The notes: a model not told the origin generated them from the sequence alone. Positions 37,765-48,790 are shown, counted from the stretch's first letter. The stretch is DNA of 64,000 nucleotides from an uncultured Paludibacter sp. (GCA_964559265.1 CAZLHC010000006.1:28403-92402), one strand, 5' to 3'. Translations and numbers: made by a program.

Positions 37765-40074
37765 ATGAAAAAATCTACTTTCTTTTCCGTATTGTTGGTG
37801 AGTTTTACCATTTTCAGCAGTTTACTCACTGCTCAGGTAAACGGAACCGCCATTGCTCCAATTACATCAACATTGGAGGATCCCATTTATTTCTATATTG
37901 AATCGGCTTCCGATGGCTCGGTTAAATATGGTGGAGTACAATTTACAGGCGATTTTCGGGGTGAAGTAATTATTTCGCCTGAAAACAGAGGTACAAAATT
38001 GATTCATAACACCCTGGCCTCGGCACCTAATCCGGATTATGCCTTGTGGGCACTTGTTTCTATCAATGGTAAAATTTACCTGAAAAACAAAGCTACCGGT
38101 TTTTACATGGTAGGAAGTCATTCTGTCGACACTATAGCGAAAACAAATGAATTTAAAACCCAAACACTGGGACAAAACCAATTTCTGATTCGCTCTGCTG
38201 ATGTGGGAAGTTATACCAACGCATGGCAAAATAATTTGTGCGACCGATGGAGTAATTCTTTAATGGTAGCTAATGGCTTAGTGGCCTGGTATTTTATCAT
38301 TGCAGAGCCCGAAAAACTTCAAACGGCTTTGAAACTGGTACTTAACAACAAAATTCAGGAAGCAACAACCTTACTGTCAGCCACTAAAGAAGGGGAGGAT
38401 TTTGGTCAGTATCCCGCTGAAAGTCGCACGCAGCTTAGCGAAGAATTGGTCAACGCTCAGGCGGTTTACGACTATCCGGAAAGTACGATAAACGATATTA
38501 ATGTTACGATTGAATTTACAACCCAGGCAATTGAGGCTTATAAAGCAACAATAAACATGCAACTTGCTGTTTTTCAATCGTCTAATCCCGATAACTATCG
38601 TTGGTACCGAATCCGTAATTATGGATACGATACTCCCATATGTTTCAATAAAGTAATATCTTCAACAGGTAAAAACGTAGGTGAAAAATATATTTACGAA
38701 GAACCTTCTGATTCATTGTATAATAATCAGATTTTCCGGTTTGAACTAAACGAAGATAAATCCCGCATTATTCACATTATCGACCGGCAGGGAAATTACA
38801 TGTCGTCTACGGGTGGTATCAGTACTTCTTCGACAGAAGGTAACGATTTTGAGATTACTCCGCTTACCGATGGAATTGCATTTTACATTAAACCAACTTC
38901 CAATGCTCCACTGCGTGCCGATGATAATGGAACCATCTCCAATTGGTTGTATATGGCCGGGGGCGCTTCTTCGTGGGTGTTCGATTTTGTAAATGAACTG
39001 CCAAAAATTCCGAGATTTGAAAATTCACGTACCATTGCAGTAAGTTCTTCCAACGCGTCACAGGGCGTTGCCTACATCACTGAAACACGCGAAGCTTCGA
39101 TTGTTACTGATATCGAGAGTGTTTCAGTTACCGCTGAGCCGGTTTCGGGTTATTTCTTTGTAAAATGGACCAACGAAACGGGCGATAGTTTAAGCAACAA
39201 ATTGACATATGTTTACAAAGGTGCTGCTGACATTCTATTAATTGCTCACTTTGAGCCGGGCTACTATCGTCAAATGTCGCGCTTCTACACCGGTGCAAGT
39301 CCTGCAATACAATCGGCTGATCGCTATCTCACTCATTTAGTGGTAAAAGTTGAAGAGAATGAACAAATTGTTATAAATAATGCAACTTCCAATCCGGCTC
39401 CTATCGATACGTCTGTAGTGCGAAATCAGATCATTTACGATGCTGTGGTCGATTTCACCTCAACCCCTTTGCTTATTCCTCTCCAGACCGATTCTTTTGA
39501 ACTTATAGCAGTGGGAAGTAATCTTTCGATCGAAAACTTCCAGTGGACGCAACAAAATGCGTTTGTTGACTGGAACAAGGATTATGATTTCCTCGACGAG
39601 AACGAAGCAGGAATCCGGAGTTCGGGCAATTATACCGATCAACGACTGATTGATTCGTTAGGTTATAGTCGAAAAGTCGGTATTCCTCAACAACTGCCCG
39701 AAGGTAACTATCGTCTACGGTTGATTTATCACGAGCCAGCAGCAGCTGCAACCGATTGGGCAAGCTCTATCTGGAGCACCAATACAATTCGGAATGGTAT
39801 TGCTTACGACTTTACTGTTCGTTACGGTAGCCCCACGGCTGTCGCTGATCAAAAAATCAATAAAATTAGTATATACCATAATAACAACGAATTGCATATT
39901 CGAAATGCGGAAAATTCGAACATAAAAATCTACGATTTATCAGGTAAAATCCAACAATCCGAGCAGGTAAAAACTGAGCATGATGTATTTACATTGAATC
40001 TTGAAAAAGGAATTTATATTATTTACATTGATTCAAATTCAGGTAACAGAACTACTATCAAATTAAGAATCTAG
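37765..40074 (+). CDS. T9SS type A sorting domain protein (multi-domain; GEVED-like module)
   Basis: Signal peptide; VDWNKDYDFLDENE...GNYRLR (GEVED-like); CTD IKIYDLSGK...LEKGIYII. Confidence 0.8.
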   Translation: MKKSTFFSVLLVSFTIFSSLLTAQVNGTAIAPITSTLEDPIYFYIESASDGSVKYGGVQFTGDFRGEVIISPENRGTKLIHNTLASAPNPDYALWALVSINGKIYLKNKATGFYMVGSHSVDTIAKTNEFKTQTLGQNQFLIRSADVGSYTNAWQNNLCDRWSNSLMVANGLVAWYFIIAEPEKLQTALKLVLNNKIQEATTLLSATKEGEDFGQYPAESRTQLSEELVNAQAVYDYPESTINDINVTIEFTTQAIEAYKATINMQLAVFQSSNPDNYRWYRIRNYGYDTPICFNKVISSTGKNVGEKYIYEEPSDSLYNNQIFRFELNEDKSRIIHIIDRQGNYMSSTGGISTSSTEGNDFEITPLTDGIAFYIKPTSNAPLRADDNGTISNWLYMAGGASSWVFDFVNELPKIPRFENSRTIAVSSSNASQGVAYITETREASIVTDIESVSVTAEPVSGYFFVKWTNETGDSLSNKLTYVYKGAADILLIAHFEPGYYRQMSRFYTGASPAIQSADRYLTHLVVKVEENEQIVINNATSNPAPIDTSVVRNQIIYDAVVDFTSTPLLIPLQTDSFELIAVGSNLSIENFQWTQQNAFVDWNKDYDFLDENEAGIRSSGNYTDQRLIDSLGYSRKVGIPQQLPEGNYRLRLIYHEPAAAATDWASSIWSTNTIRNGIAYDFTVRYGSPTAVADQKINKISIYHNNNELHIRNAENSNIKIYDLSGKIQQSEQVKTEHDVFTLNLEKGIYIIYIDSNSGNRTTIKLRI

Positions 40075-40094
40075 TATCATTTCAAATTATGAGG

Positions 40095-40135
40095 AGGGGT
40101 TACTGAAATTAATTTTCAGTAACCCCTTATTTTTT
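40095..40135 (+). terminator. Intrinsic terminator
   Basis: AGGGGTTACTGAAA/TTTCAGTAACCCCT stem followed by a T-run. Confidence 0.88.
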
Positions 40136-40225
40136 AACATGATATGTAGTGATATAATGAAAAAAATAACTAATTTTGTCCACAATTAGGATTGTATTCA
40201 ACTATCAAATTAACCTTTTTAAAAA

Positions 40226-42688
40226 ATGAAACTATTCAAGAGTTGGGCACTGATGCTTTTCGGGCTATCAATTATTTCGTTATCGATGCAAAGTTGCGAC
40301 GATGAACCCGGAACTTCTTATACTGAAAACGGTATCCCAAAAGACTTTAATTACTTAACAGTGAGATCAATAGATGTGCAGGTAGATGTGAATGACCAGT
40401 TTTCCGGTCAGTATCTGTACAAAGTAGAAGTATTCGATCAGAATCCGTTGACTACCGATACTGTCGTAAATCTTCTGGCTGCTGGTGTTGCAAATCAATC
40501 CAGAAGCTATGCCACTCGTGTGGTGATTCCACAGTATGTAACCACTTTGTTTGTTCGCCAGACCGATCCGACTAAAAAATCGGTAGTAAAGGCAATTAAC
40601 ATTCAACAAATGGGTGCCACAGCAGTTGCAAAATGCGATTTTAAACCAATAATTAGCAGTTCGCCGGTTAAACAGAAAGCGGCTCCGGTGTATACCGATA
40701 AAGCCAGTGATTATGCCTTACCTGCAAGTGGTGTAACCACCATCAATTCGGCTATCACTCTTATGGGAAGCAAGTACCACATTGCATCGGGTACTACTAT
40801 CACCAATGTGGTTTTAGGATGGCTGGGAAACTCTGAGCTTTATGTAGCAGGTAACCTGATTATTAACGCCAATGGAAACCCCTATATGCCTCCCCAGTTA
40901 AAACTCGTTGTTTTGCCTGGTGGAAATGTAAGTATTTCAGGTTTCGAACAAATTAATTTCGAACAAGCAGGTATTATTGTGGCAGTTCACGAAGGAGGTA
41001 CTTTAGAAATTGATGCGAACGTTGGCCTTGGAAATACGGCTAAATTAATCAACGATGGAACTGTTTTGATAGAAAAACAATTTCAGGTTCGTACCATTGG
41101 AGCTTATGTAGTAAACAACGGTTCGTTTACTGCAGAAATTCTAGACATAACAAATAATGGTCGGTTCATCAACCAGAACCAGTTGTTGCTCAACGATAAA
41201 GTAGTACTGAATTCCAATACCTTGCTGGTTAATAATGGAACACTGGAGGCAAAGAATCAATATATTTCAAACAACAACACCACCGTTACTTATAATAACG
41301 GTCTCCTGAAAACAACCTTCTTCAACTATAGTCAGGGTGGGGGGGTAGTGCATAATGCCTGCCGGATTGAAACCGAATTCCTCAGAGTTGAAGGTTCGAC
41401 TATTAATAACGGGGATGGTGCGCTTATTCTTTGTCAGGAAATATATGCCAATACGTCTACTTTTAATTTAACAGGAGGTTCTGTAATTAAATCGATGGAC
41501 ATGGGTTTAGATTTAGAATATTTAAAAGTTGATGACAAAGGTAAAGTTGACAAAAAAGTTGAAACAGGAGTAACCTTTGGTGCCAATAATACGATTAATG
41601 GCACTATGGTAGGAACTGCACAACCGTTATTTATCAGTTGGAAAATTGAAGACACTAAAACAGGCCACAATGTTGTGAATTTAAGAGGTGTTTTTGAATT
41701 TACAGTTAGTTCCGGAAGTATTCCTCCGACACGTTATTTCAAAACGGTAGATGCTGGTGTAACTATGTCGGTTGTTCCTGTCTCGGTTATTGCATCTACT
41801 TCGTGTAACCTGGGAGGTGTGAACAGTGGTAGTGGCGACGACGACGATGATGACGACACTGGTGGTGGTACCGGCGGAGATACAGGTGGAGGAACTGGTG
41901 GCGATGACACAGGCGGTGGTATTCCTCCAACCGATCCTACTTTCCCTATTGAAGTAGTTGAAGGTACCGATTATGTTTATTCAATGGAAGATCTTTGGCC
42001 GCACATGGGCGATTACGATATGAACGACTTTGTATTTAAGATTCATGCAATTACTAAATACGTAAATAGCAGCAACAAAGTTGAAAAAATGACCTTCCAA
42101 CTTACTCCGCTTGCTTCGGGTTCCACAAAAATGGTATCGGCGGCATTACAGTTTGATGGAGTAGCTGAAGGTGCTATCAGTGTTGTATCAACGCAAGATA
42201 TTGCCCGTATCGATCAGGGTCATACGCAGGCTAATGTAATCCTTTTTGAAAATGTTCATGCGTTATTTGGACTCTCAGGACATAATATCGTTAACACATT
42301 CAATAATATTGAAAAGGTGGCTACATCAACTTATACGTTTGAAATTACATTTACTACACCTGTTGATCAAGCATCGGTTAGTGTTGACAAATTAAATTTC
42401 TATTCCATTGTAGGTGATGTAAATTCTACCGACCGTCACGAAATTCACTTAGCTGGTTATCAGCCAAGCAGTAAAGTGTTGAAAACTTCGGTAAGCTACA
42501 AAGATGAGAATAATATGGTGTGGGCCCTTATGTTGCCAACTTCCAGTTATTCGTATCCAGCCGAAAACGTTAAAATTTTCAATGCTTATCCTAAATTCAA
42601 TGATTGGGCTAAATCGGGAGGTAAAGAATTTACCGATTGGTATCTGAACCCTTCAGATTCTGCGGGTTTAATTTACAATCGTAAGTAA
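40226..42688 (+). CDS. LruC/DUF4842 domain lipoprotein
   Basis: Lipobox SMQSC; MEDLWPHMGDYDMNDFV, EIHLAGY, YPKFNDWAKSGG. Confidence 0.88.
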   Translation: MKLFKSWALMLFGLSIISLSMQSCDDEPGTSYTENGIPKDFNYLTVRSIDVQVDVNDQFSGQYLYKVEVFDQNPLTTDTVVNLLAAGVANQSRSYATRVVIPQYVTTLFVRQTDPTKKSVVKAINIQQMGATAVAKCDFKPIISSSPVKQKAAPVYTDKASDYALPASGVTTINSAITLMGSKYHIASGTTITNVVLGWLGNSELYVAGNLIINANGNPYMPPQLKLVVLPGGNVSISGFEQINFEQAGIIVAVHEGGTLEIDANVGLGNTAKLINDGTVLIEKQFQVRTIGAYVVNNGSFTAEILDITNNGRFINQNQLLLNDKVVLNSNTLLVNNGTLEAKNQYISNNNTTVTYNNGLLKTTFFNYSQGGGVVHNACRIETEFLRVEGSTINNGDGALILCQEIYANTSTFNLTGGSVIKSMDMGLDLEYLKVDDKGKVDKKVETGVTFGANNTINGTMVGTAQPLFISWKIEDTKTGHNVVNLRGVFEFTVSSGSIPPTRYFKTVDAGVTMSVVPVSVIASTSCNLGGVNSGSGDDDDDDDTGGGTGGDTGGGTGGDDTGGGIPPTDPTFPIEVVEGTDYVYSMEDLWPHMGDYDMNDFVFKIHAITKYVNSSNKVEKMTFQLTPLASGSTKMVSAALQFDGVAEGAISVVSTQDIARIDQGHTQANVILFENVHALFGLSGHNIVNTFNNIEKVATSTYTFEITFTTPVDQASVSVDKLNFYSIVGDVNSTDRHEIHLAGYQPSSKVLKTSVSYKDENNMVWALMLPTSSYSYPAENVKIFNAYPKFNDWAKSGGKEFTDWYLNPSDSAGLIYNRK
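41837..41920 (+). repeat. Coding low-complexity repeat D7-(TGGGTGGD)n linker
   Basis: gac/gat run followed by TGGGTGGD units written with different synonymous codons. Confidence 0.9.
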
Positions 42689-42715
42689 AAGTAAATATCC
42701 CACGTGGATGTATAC

Positions 42716-42754
42716 AAAAAAGCTGCATGATTAATTATTTCATGCAGCTTTTTT
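42716..42754. terminator. Intrinsic terminator after the LruC gene
   Basis: AAAAAAGCTGCATGA...TCATGCAGCTTTTTT. Confidence 0.88.
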
Positions 42755-42946
42755 ATATGATTTAAATGTGTATTCTTTGTATTGAATTCATCCACACTAT
42801 AACATTCACTTCAATCAATATCTGTTGATTACACCATTTATTTATTAATTCTCATTAGTACGCTATATCACGATCCATTGTGTAGGCGAGTTCTTATCGA
42901 TCTATTCTATTTGACATAATATAAATTATAAGCTAAAAGTCTGATC

Positions 42947-43004
42947 AAAAAAATAACTACTACTGAAGGCTTATTTTAAAGATCACATCAGTAGTAGTTA
43001 TTTT
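42947..43004 (-). terminator. Probable terminator of the 43024-44478 gene (17-bp stem, 21-nt loop)
   Basis: AAAATAACTACTACTGA (42950-42966) / TCAGTAGTAGTTATTTT (42988-43004), with a U-run on the minus strand. Confidence 0.7.
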
Positions 43005-43023
43005 AAAGAAGTAAGTAAGCTGA

Positions 43024-44478
43024 TTAATGAATCAGTAATTTTTGTCGACTCCCTGAAAGATCAATTATATAAACACCCTTGGGTAAATGATTTAAATCAA
43101 TCTGCGCTGGTTGTTGCATTTCTAATACTTGAACACCTGACAACGAATAAATTCTTACAAGCTGAACCGGTTCGGTAAATTCAATCCAATTTCCACGTTG
43201 AATAAACCGGGGTTTCCTTTGCATGTTTTCGACAGCAGTATAATCAATTACACGGCCTTTCAATAGCACATTATCAAAACGAATAGGTCCTGTTGGTGCA
43301 TAGATTTTTTTTAAGCCGCTAGCCTGATACGAAAATCCGACCATGGTGGTAACCAGTCGTAATCCAAACAGAGCATTATTAAATGATTGAGGAACAGTAG
43401 CAAAATCAAATGTACGCAGGTACCAGGTATCTCCAGAATTGGCTGAATAGCTTGTTGCATCAATCCAATTGGTACCATCTATTGTATATTGTAAAGTCAT
43501 CTTATTGGCTGATGTCCCTCCATGTCGTATGTCGGCTGTAAAGAATAAATCCTTGTAGTTGGTCGTATTGATATTCATTTTTATACCTGCCGATTTATCA
43601 TTTCCTACTGCAGGATAGTTAACTGTTTGTAGTCCGAAGCTATCTTTAACGGAAGCATAATCGTACACCCCCTGGTCAAAGATCGTTTGGTTTTTAAATA
43701 TTCCGGATCTTGACCAATCAGTATCGTAATTAACACCCCCGATAAGTTCCAGACTTCCCTGCCCTATCGATGGCGTAACTTGTTGATTATTAAAGTTCCA
43801 TTCGACAACCGTCCGTCGATCATCTTCAACCACGTTCAATTTGTCGCCACGGATTACAATATTATCGAAGCGAATAGAGCCATTAGGCGAATAAACATTG
43901 GATGCCGACACAGGAACATATACGGTTTGACCAATCACATCATCATCAAAATTGGTTACAAAGCGAATAGCGAAATTTGGATTATTTGCGACAGCAGGTA
44001 TATTTTTGAAATTATAATTCCGAAGGTACCAGGTGTCGTTATCATCGGTAGTATAGGTATTTGCCTTCTCCCAGTTAACTCCATCCACAGTATATTGAAG
44101 CATCAGTTTATTAGCTGATGTTCCACCTTGTCGCACATCGGCACTTACCAGAATGTTTTTATACCCCGACGTACTTACTTTTAGTTGTATGCCAGCCGAT
44201 TTTGCATTTGTACCCTGTGCCGGATAATTATAGGTGTTACAAGATTTTCCAATTTTTAATTCATTGGTTTCCTCCAAACCTGCTGGTAAAGCTTGTCCCG
44301 GATTTATGCCTGTTTTAGTAAAATCGACTAAAATAGATCCTGCAAGGGATAAAGTGCCCGAACCAACGGCTGGAAAATGAAGTCCGTTGTCGAAATTCCA
44401 GGAAGTAATTACTTCCTGAGAGTGAATAGCACCCGAAAAAAGAATAAATGCACAAAAAAAAGAGAACTGTTTCTTCAT
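43024..44478 (-). CDS. T9SS type A sorting domain protein with an internal tandem domain duplication
   Basis: Signal peptide; two copies of ...AD(V/I)R.GGTSANK..LQYT.DG.NW...DTWYLR...; CTD VRIYSLSG...LPKGVYII. Confidence 0.8.
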   Translation of the reverse strand: MKKQFSFFCAFILFSGAIHSQEVITSWNFDNGLHFPAVGSGTLSLAGSILVDFTKTGINPGQALPAGLEETNELKIGKSCNTYNYPAQGTNAKSAGIQLKVSTSGYKNILVSADVRQGGTSANKLMLQYTVDGVNWEKANTYTTDDNDTWYLRNYNFKNIPAVANNPNFAIRFVTNFDDDVIGQTVYVPVSASNVYSPNGSIRFDNIVIRGDKLNVVEDDRRTVVEWNFNNQQVTPSIGQGSLELIGGVNYDTDWSRSGIFKNQTIFDQGVYDYASVKDSFGLQTVNYPAVGNDKSAGIKMNINTTNYKDLFFTADIRHGGTSANKMTLQYTIDGTNWIDATSYSANSGDTWYLRTFDFATVPQSFNNALFGLRLVTTMVGFSYQASGLKKIYAPTGPIRFDNVLLKGRVIDYTAVENMQRKPRFIQRGNWIEFTEPVQLVRIYSLSGVQVLEMQQPAQIDLNHLPKGVYIIDLSGSRQKLLIH

Positions 44479-44633
44479 TGATATGTAGTATTAACTGTAT
44501 ATGGTTTGCGTATAGCAGTAAAACTGCAAATTTACGTATTTAGTTTGACTTTTAGACTTCTTATATCAAAAAAAAAAATAGTATCTTTGCAGGTCTTATT
44601 CTGAAATTTATAGTAAACTCAAAATATTAAACA

Positions 44634-47600
44634 ATGGGATTTAACGATCTTCTGAAAAAAGTCTTTGGCAACAAAGCACAACGCGATTTAAAAGAAATTG
44701 AGCCATATGTTGCAAAAATACGAGCAGCTTACGAAGAAATCAAAAAACTAACCAACGACGAACTTCGACAGCTTACTGAAACTCTCAAACAACAAATTCA
44801 GGAGTATGTAGGTCAGGAAACGAATCGGGTGATAGAATTAAAAGCTTCGGTAGAGTCAACTGAACTTGAACAACGCGAAAAAATCTACACCGAGATAGAT
44901 AAGCTCGAAAAAGATATTTCTTCGAAATTGGAAGAAGTGTTGGAACAAATACTACCACAAGCGTTTTCGATTGTGAAGGAGACTGCCCGTCGTTTTACAG
45001 AAAATTCGGAAACGGTGGTTACAGCTACACAATTTGACAGGGAATTGGCAGTAAAATACGATTTTGTACGAATTGAAGGCGACAAGGCCATCTATAAAAA
45101 CGAATGGCAGGCCGGTGGAAACCTTATCAAATGGGATATGGTTCATTACGACGTGCAGTTGTTTGGTGGGTCGGTGTTGCACAAAGGGAAGATAGCTGAA
45201 ATGGCCACAGGTGAAGGAAAAACGCTGGTGGCTACCCTACCCGTTTTTCTGAATGCACTCACGCGCAGGGGTGTACACTTAGTTACAGTGAACGATTACC
45301 TGTCGAAACGTGACTCGGAATGGATGGGCCCCTTGTATATGTTCCACGGTTTATCGGTAGATTGTATCGACCGTCACCGACCTAATTCAGAAGAACGTCG
45401 TCAGGCTTATCTGGCCGATATCACTTTTGGAACCAATAATGAATTTGGTTTTGATTATTTGCGCGATAATATGGCCACGCACCCTGAAGATCTGGTACAG
45501 CGTAAACATAATTATGCTATTGTGGATGAGGTTGACTCGGTTTTAATTGATGATGCACGTACTCCATTAATTATATCGGGACCGGTGCCAAAGGGCGACG
45601 ATCAGTTGTTTGAAGAAATGCGTCCAAAAGTCGAAAAGCTGGTAAATACTCAAAAAGTATTGGTAACCAAGTATTTGTCGGAAGCACGTGAATTATTGAA
45701 GTCGGACGACGAAAAGAAGCGTGAAGAAGGAGCCCTCTCCTTATTTCGCTCCTAGAAAGGGATGCCTAAAAATAAGCCTTTAATTAAATTTTTGAGCGAA
45801 CAGGGAATTAAAGCGCAATTACTGAAAACGGAAGAGTTTTATATGCAGGAAAACAACAAAAACATGCATATTGCTACGGATCCGTTGTATTTTGTAATCG
45901 ACGAAAAAAACAAAGGGATTAATCTTACCGATAAAGGAATTGACTTAATTACCGGTAATACTGAAGACCCGAAATTTTTCGTTTTGCCGGATGTGGGAAG
46001 TGAAATTGCGGAACTGGAGCGCAATAAAGAACTATCGGCAGAAGATAAGCAAAACCAAAAAGATGAAATCAACCAGAATTATGCAATAAAATCGGAGCGG
46101 GTTCATACGATCAACCAATTATTGAAAGCCTATACCTTGTTTGAGAAAGACATTGAATATGTGGTACTCGACAATAAAGTGAAGATTGTAGATGAGCAGA
46201 CGGGCCGTATTATGGAAGGACGTCGGTATTCGGATGGGTTGCATCAGGCAATTGAAGCCAAAGAAAATGTAAAGATCGAAGCAGCTACTCAGACTTTTGC
46301 TACGATCACGCTTCAGAACTATTTCCGTATGTACAGTAAATTGGCGGGTATGACGGGAACTGCTGAAACAGAAGCAGGTGAATTATGGGACATTTACAAA
46401 TTGGATGTGGTAGTAATTCCTACCAACCGTCCGATTTCACGAAATGACATGGAAGACCGCGTATATAAAACAAAACGCGAAAAATATACAGCTGTAATTG
46501 AGGAAATTGAAGTATTGGTGACAGCTGGTCGTCCGGTATTGGTGGGTACAACTTCAGTTGAAATATCGGAATTATTAAGCAGGATGCTTACTTCCCGTAA
46601 AATTAAGCATAATGTGTTGAATGCTAAGTTGCACCAACGCGAAGCCGATATTGTTGCCGAGGCTGGTCGGAAAGGAACAGTAACTATTGCAACCAATATG
46701 GCTGGTCGTGGAACCGACATTAAGCTCACTCAGGAAGTTAAAGATGCAGGAGGTTTGGCCATTATTGGTACCGAACGTCACGAAAGCCGTCGTGTCGACC
46801 GTCAGTTGCGTGGACGTGCAGGCCGACAGGGGGATCCCGGATCGTCGATATTTTATGTTTCGCTTGAAGATGATTTGATGCGATTGTTTGGTTCGGAACG
46901 AATTTCGTCGGTGATGGACCGCTTAGGATTTAAAGAAGGCGAAATGATTGAGCACTCGATGATCTCCAAATCGATTGAACGTGCACAGAAAAAAGTAGAA
47001 GAAAACAACTTTGGTATTCGTAAACGCTTATTGGAATACGATGATGTGATGAATTCGCAGCGTGAGGTTATCTATTCGCGTCGCCGGCACGCCCTTATGG
47101 GTGAACGGATTGGGATGGATATAACCAACATGATTTACGAAGTATCCGATGGAGTGGTTGAAACTGCCAGAAACGACAACGACTATGCGATGTTGGAAGA
47201 TGAGGTATTGAAGTTATTTGCAATCGATGTTCCGTTTACTGAAGAGCAGTTTTTAGCAGGAAAACAAAACGACTTGTCGACCAGACTTATCACTGAAGTT
47301 ATGGCTGCCTTCAAGCGTAAAATGGACAAATTGGCTTCTATCGCTTACCCGGTGATTAAACAAGTATATGAAAACCAGGGTAAACAATACGAGAATATTC
47401 TGGTGCCCATTACCGATGGAAAACGAATGTTCAATGTTTCAACTCATCTGGCCACAGCCTATGAGACCGGAGCTAAAGAAGTTGTAAAATCATTTGAGAA
47501 ACAAACGCTTTTGTATATTATCGATGACGAATGGAAAGAGCATCTTCGTCAGCTGGATGAATTACGCAATTCGGTTCAAAATGCTTCGTACGAACAAAAA

Positions 47601-47936
47601 GATCCGTTGTTGATCTATAAGCTTGAATCCTACGGATTGTTCAAGGAAATGATCGACAGTATCAACCGAAAGGTAATTGCAATTCTTATGCGTGGTCAGA
47701 TTCCGATGCGTGAACCCGAGCAGGTAAAGGAAGCACGTCCTGTACAACGTATGGATATGAGTAGGTATCGTACTCAAAAAGAAGAAGCATCTACCGGTAA
47801 TCAGTCGGATCCAACTAAACAGGATACTCGTGAAAATCAACGAGTTGAACCAATACATGCAGAAAAGAGACCTGGTCGAAATGAACCCTGTTTCTGTGGA
47901 AGCGGTAAGAAATACAAACATTGTCACGGAGCGTAA
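44634..47936 (+). CDS. secA: Protein translocase SecA, interrupted by one in-frame TAG at 45753-45755
   Basis: ORF1 has GEGKT and DEVD; after TAG AAA GGG the same frame continues (ORF2 from 45762) with NBD2 motifs [21 protein letters not shown] and the SEC-C motif [13 protein letters not shown]. Confidence 0.95.
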
Positions 47937-47965
47937 GTAGCTGTTGACCAATAATATAATAAAGT

Positions 47966-48790
47966 ATGCTTAATTATATCACCTGGGACGTAGATCCCGA
48001 AATATTTAGTATTGGTGGCCTTCATGTGCGCTGGTATGGTCTGCTTTGGGCAATAGGCATCTGGATTACTCTGGTTATTACTCAAAAAATTTTCAAGCAC
48101 GAAAGACATCCTGATGCATGGGTCGATAAACTATTTATATACACCGTAGTAGGGGCAATTATTGGCGCTCGATTAGGACATTGTCTGTTCTATAATCCGG
48201 CCTATTATCTGGCACGTCCCTGGGAAATGTTGTTCGTATGGCAGGGAGGACTTGCCAGTCATGGGGGGGCCATTGGTATATTAATTTCAACCTGGCTCTT
48301 TCATAAAAATGTATCGAAAAAAGGTCTCATCTGGGTATTGGATCGACTGGTCATTGGAGTATCACTTACCGGGATGTTGATTCGTTTTGGAAATTTGATG
48401 AATTCTGAAATTTACGGAGGTCCCACTTCCCTACCCTGGGGATTTATATTTGTTCGCGATGGGCAAACTGAGCCCATGCATCCAACACAGATTTATGAGA
48501 TGTTGTATGGAATTATTACTTTTAGTATTACCTATTGGTTGTATTGGAAAAAAGATGCCGGAAAAAAGAACGGACTCATTTTTGGAATATTCCTGATTGG
48601 TACTTTTCTTACACGTTTCCTAATCGAGTTTATAAAAAACGATCAGGAGGCATTTGAAGCAGGAATGGCAATCAATATGGGACAAATTCTGAGTATACCT
48701 TTTGTAATATGGGGTATATATCTGATTTTTAACAGCAACAAACAATCAGCAACGGTTCTGAATGGAAAACAGGGAAGTTATAAACGATAG
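47966..48790 (+). CDS. lgt: Prolipoprotein diacylglyceryl transferase
   Basis: RWYG, GARLGHC, GLASHG, RFGNLMNSE, HPTQIYE. Confidence 0.96.
   Translation: MLNYITWDVDPEIFSIGGLHVRWYGLLWAIGIWITLVITQKIFKHERHPDAWVDKLFIYTVVGAIIGARLGHCLFYNPAYYLARPWEMLFVWQGGLASHGGAIGILISTWLFHKNVSKKGLIWVLDRLVIGVSLTGMLIRFGNLMNSEIYGGPTSLPWGFIFVRDGQTEPMHPTQIYEMLYGIITFSITYWLYWKKDAGKKNGLIFGIFLIGTFLTRFLIEFIKNDQEAFEAGMAINMGQILSIPFVIWGIYLIFNSNKQSATVLNGKQGSYKR

Noticed and set aside
42755-42946. Hidden gene or promoter (TTGACA at 42911) between the LruC and T9SS terminators
   Set aside because: No ORF of meaningful length, no properly spaced -10 element, and Bacteroidota housekeeping promoters do not use this consensus
45753-45755. 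Genome-wide TAG reassignment or pyrrolysine
   Set aside because: Many genes here end at TAG at their expected C-termini, and no pyl genes are in the window
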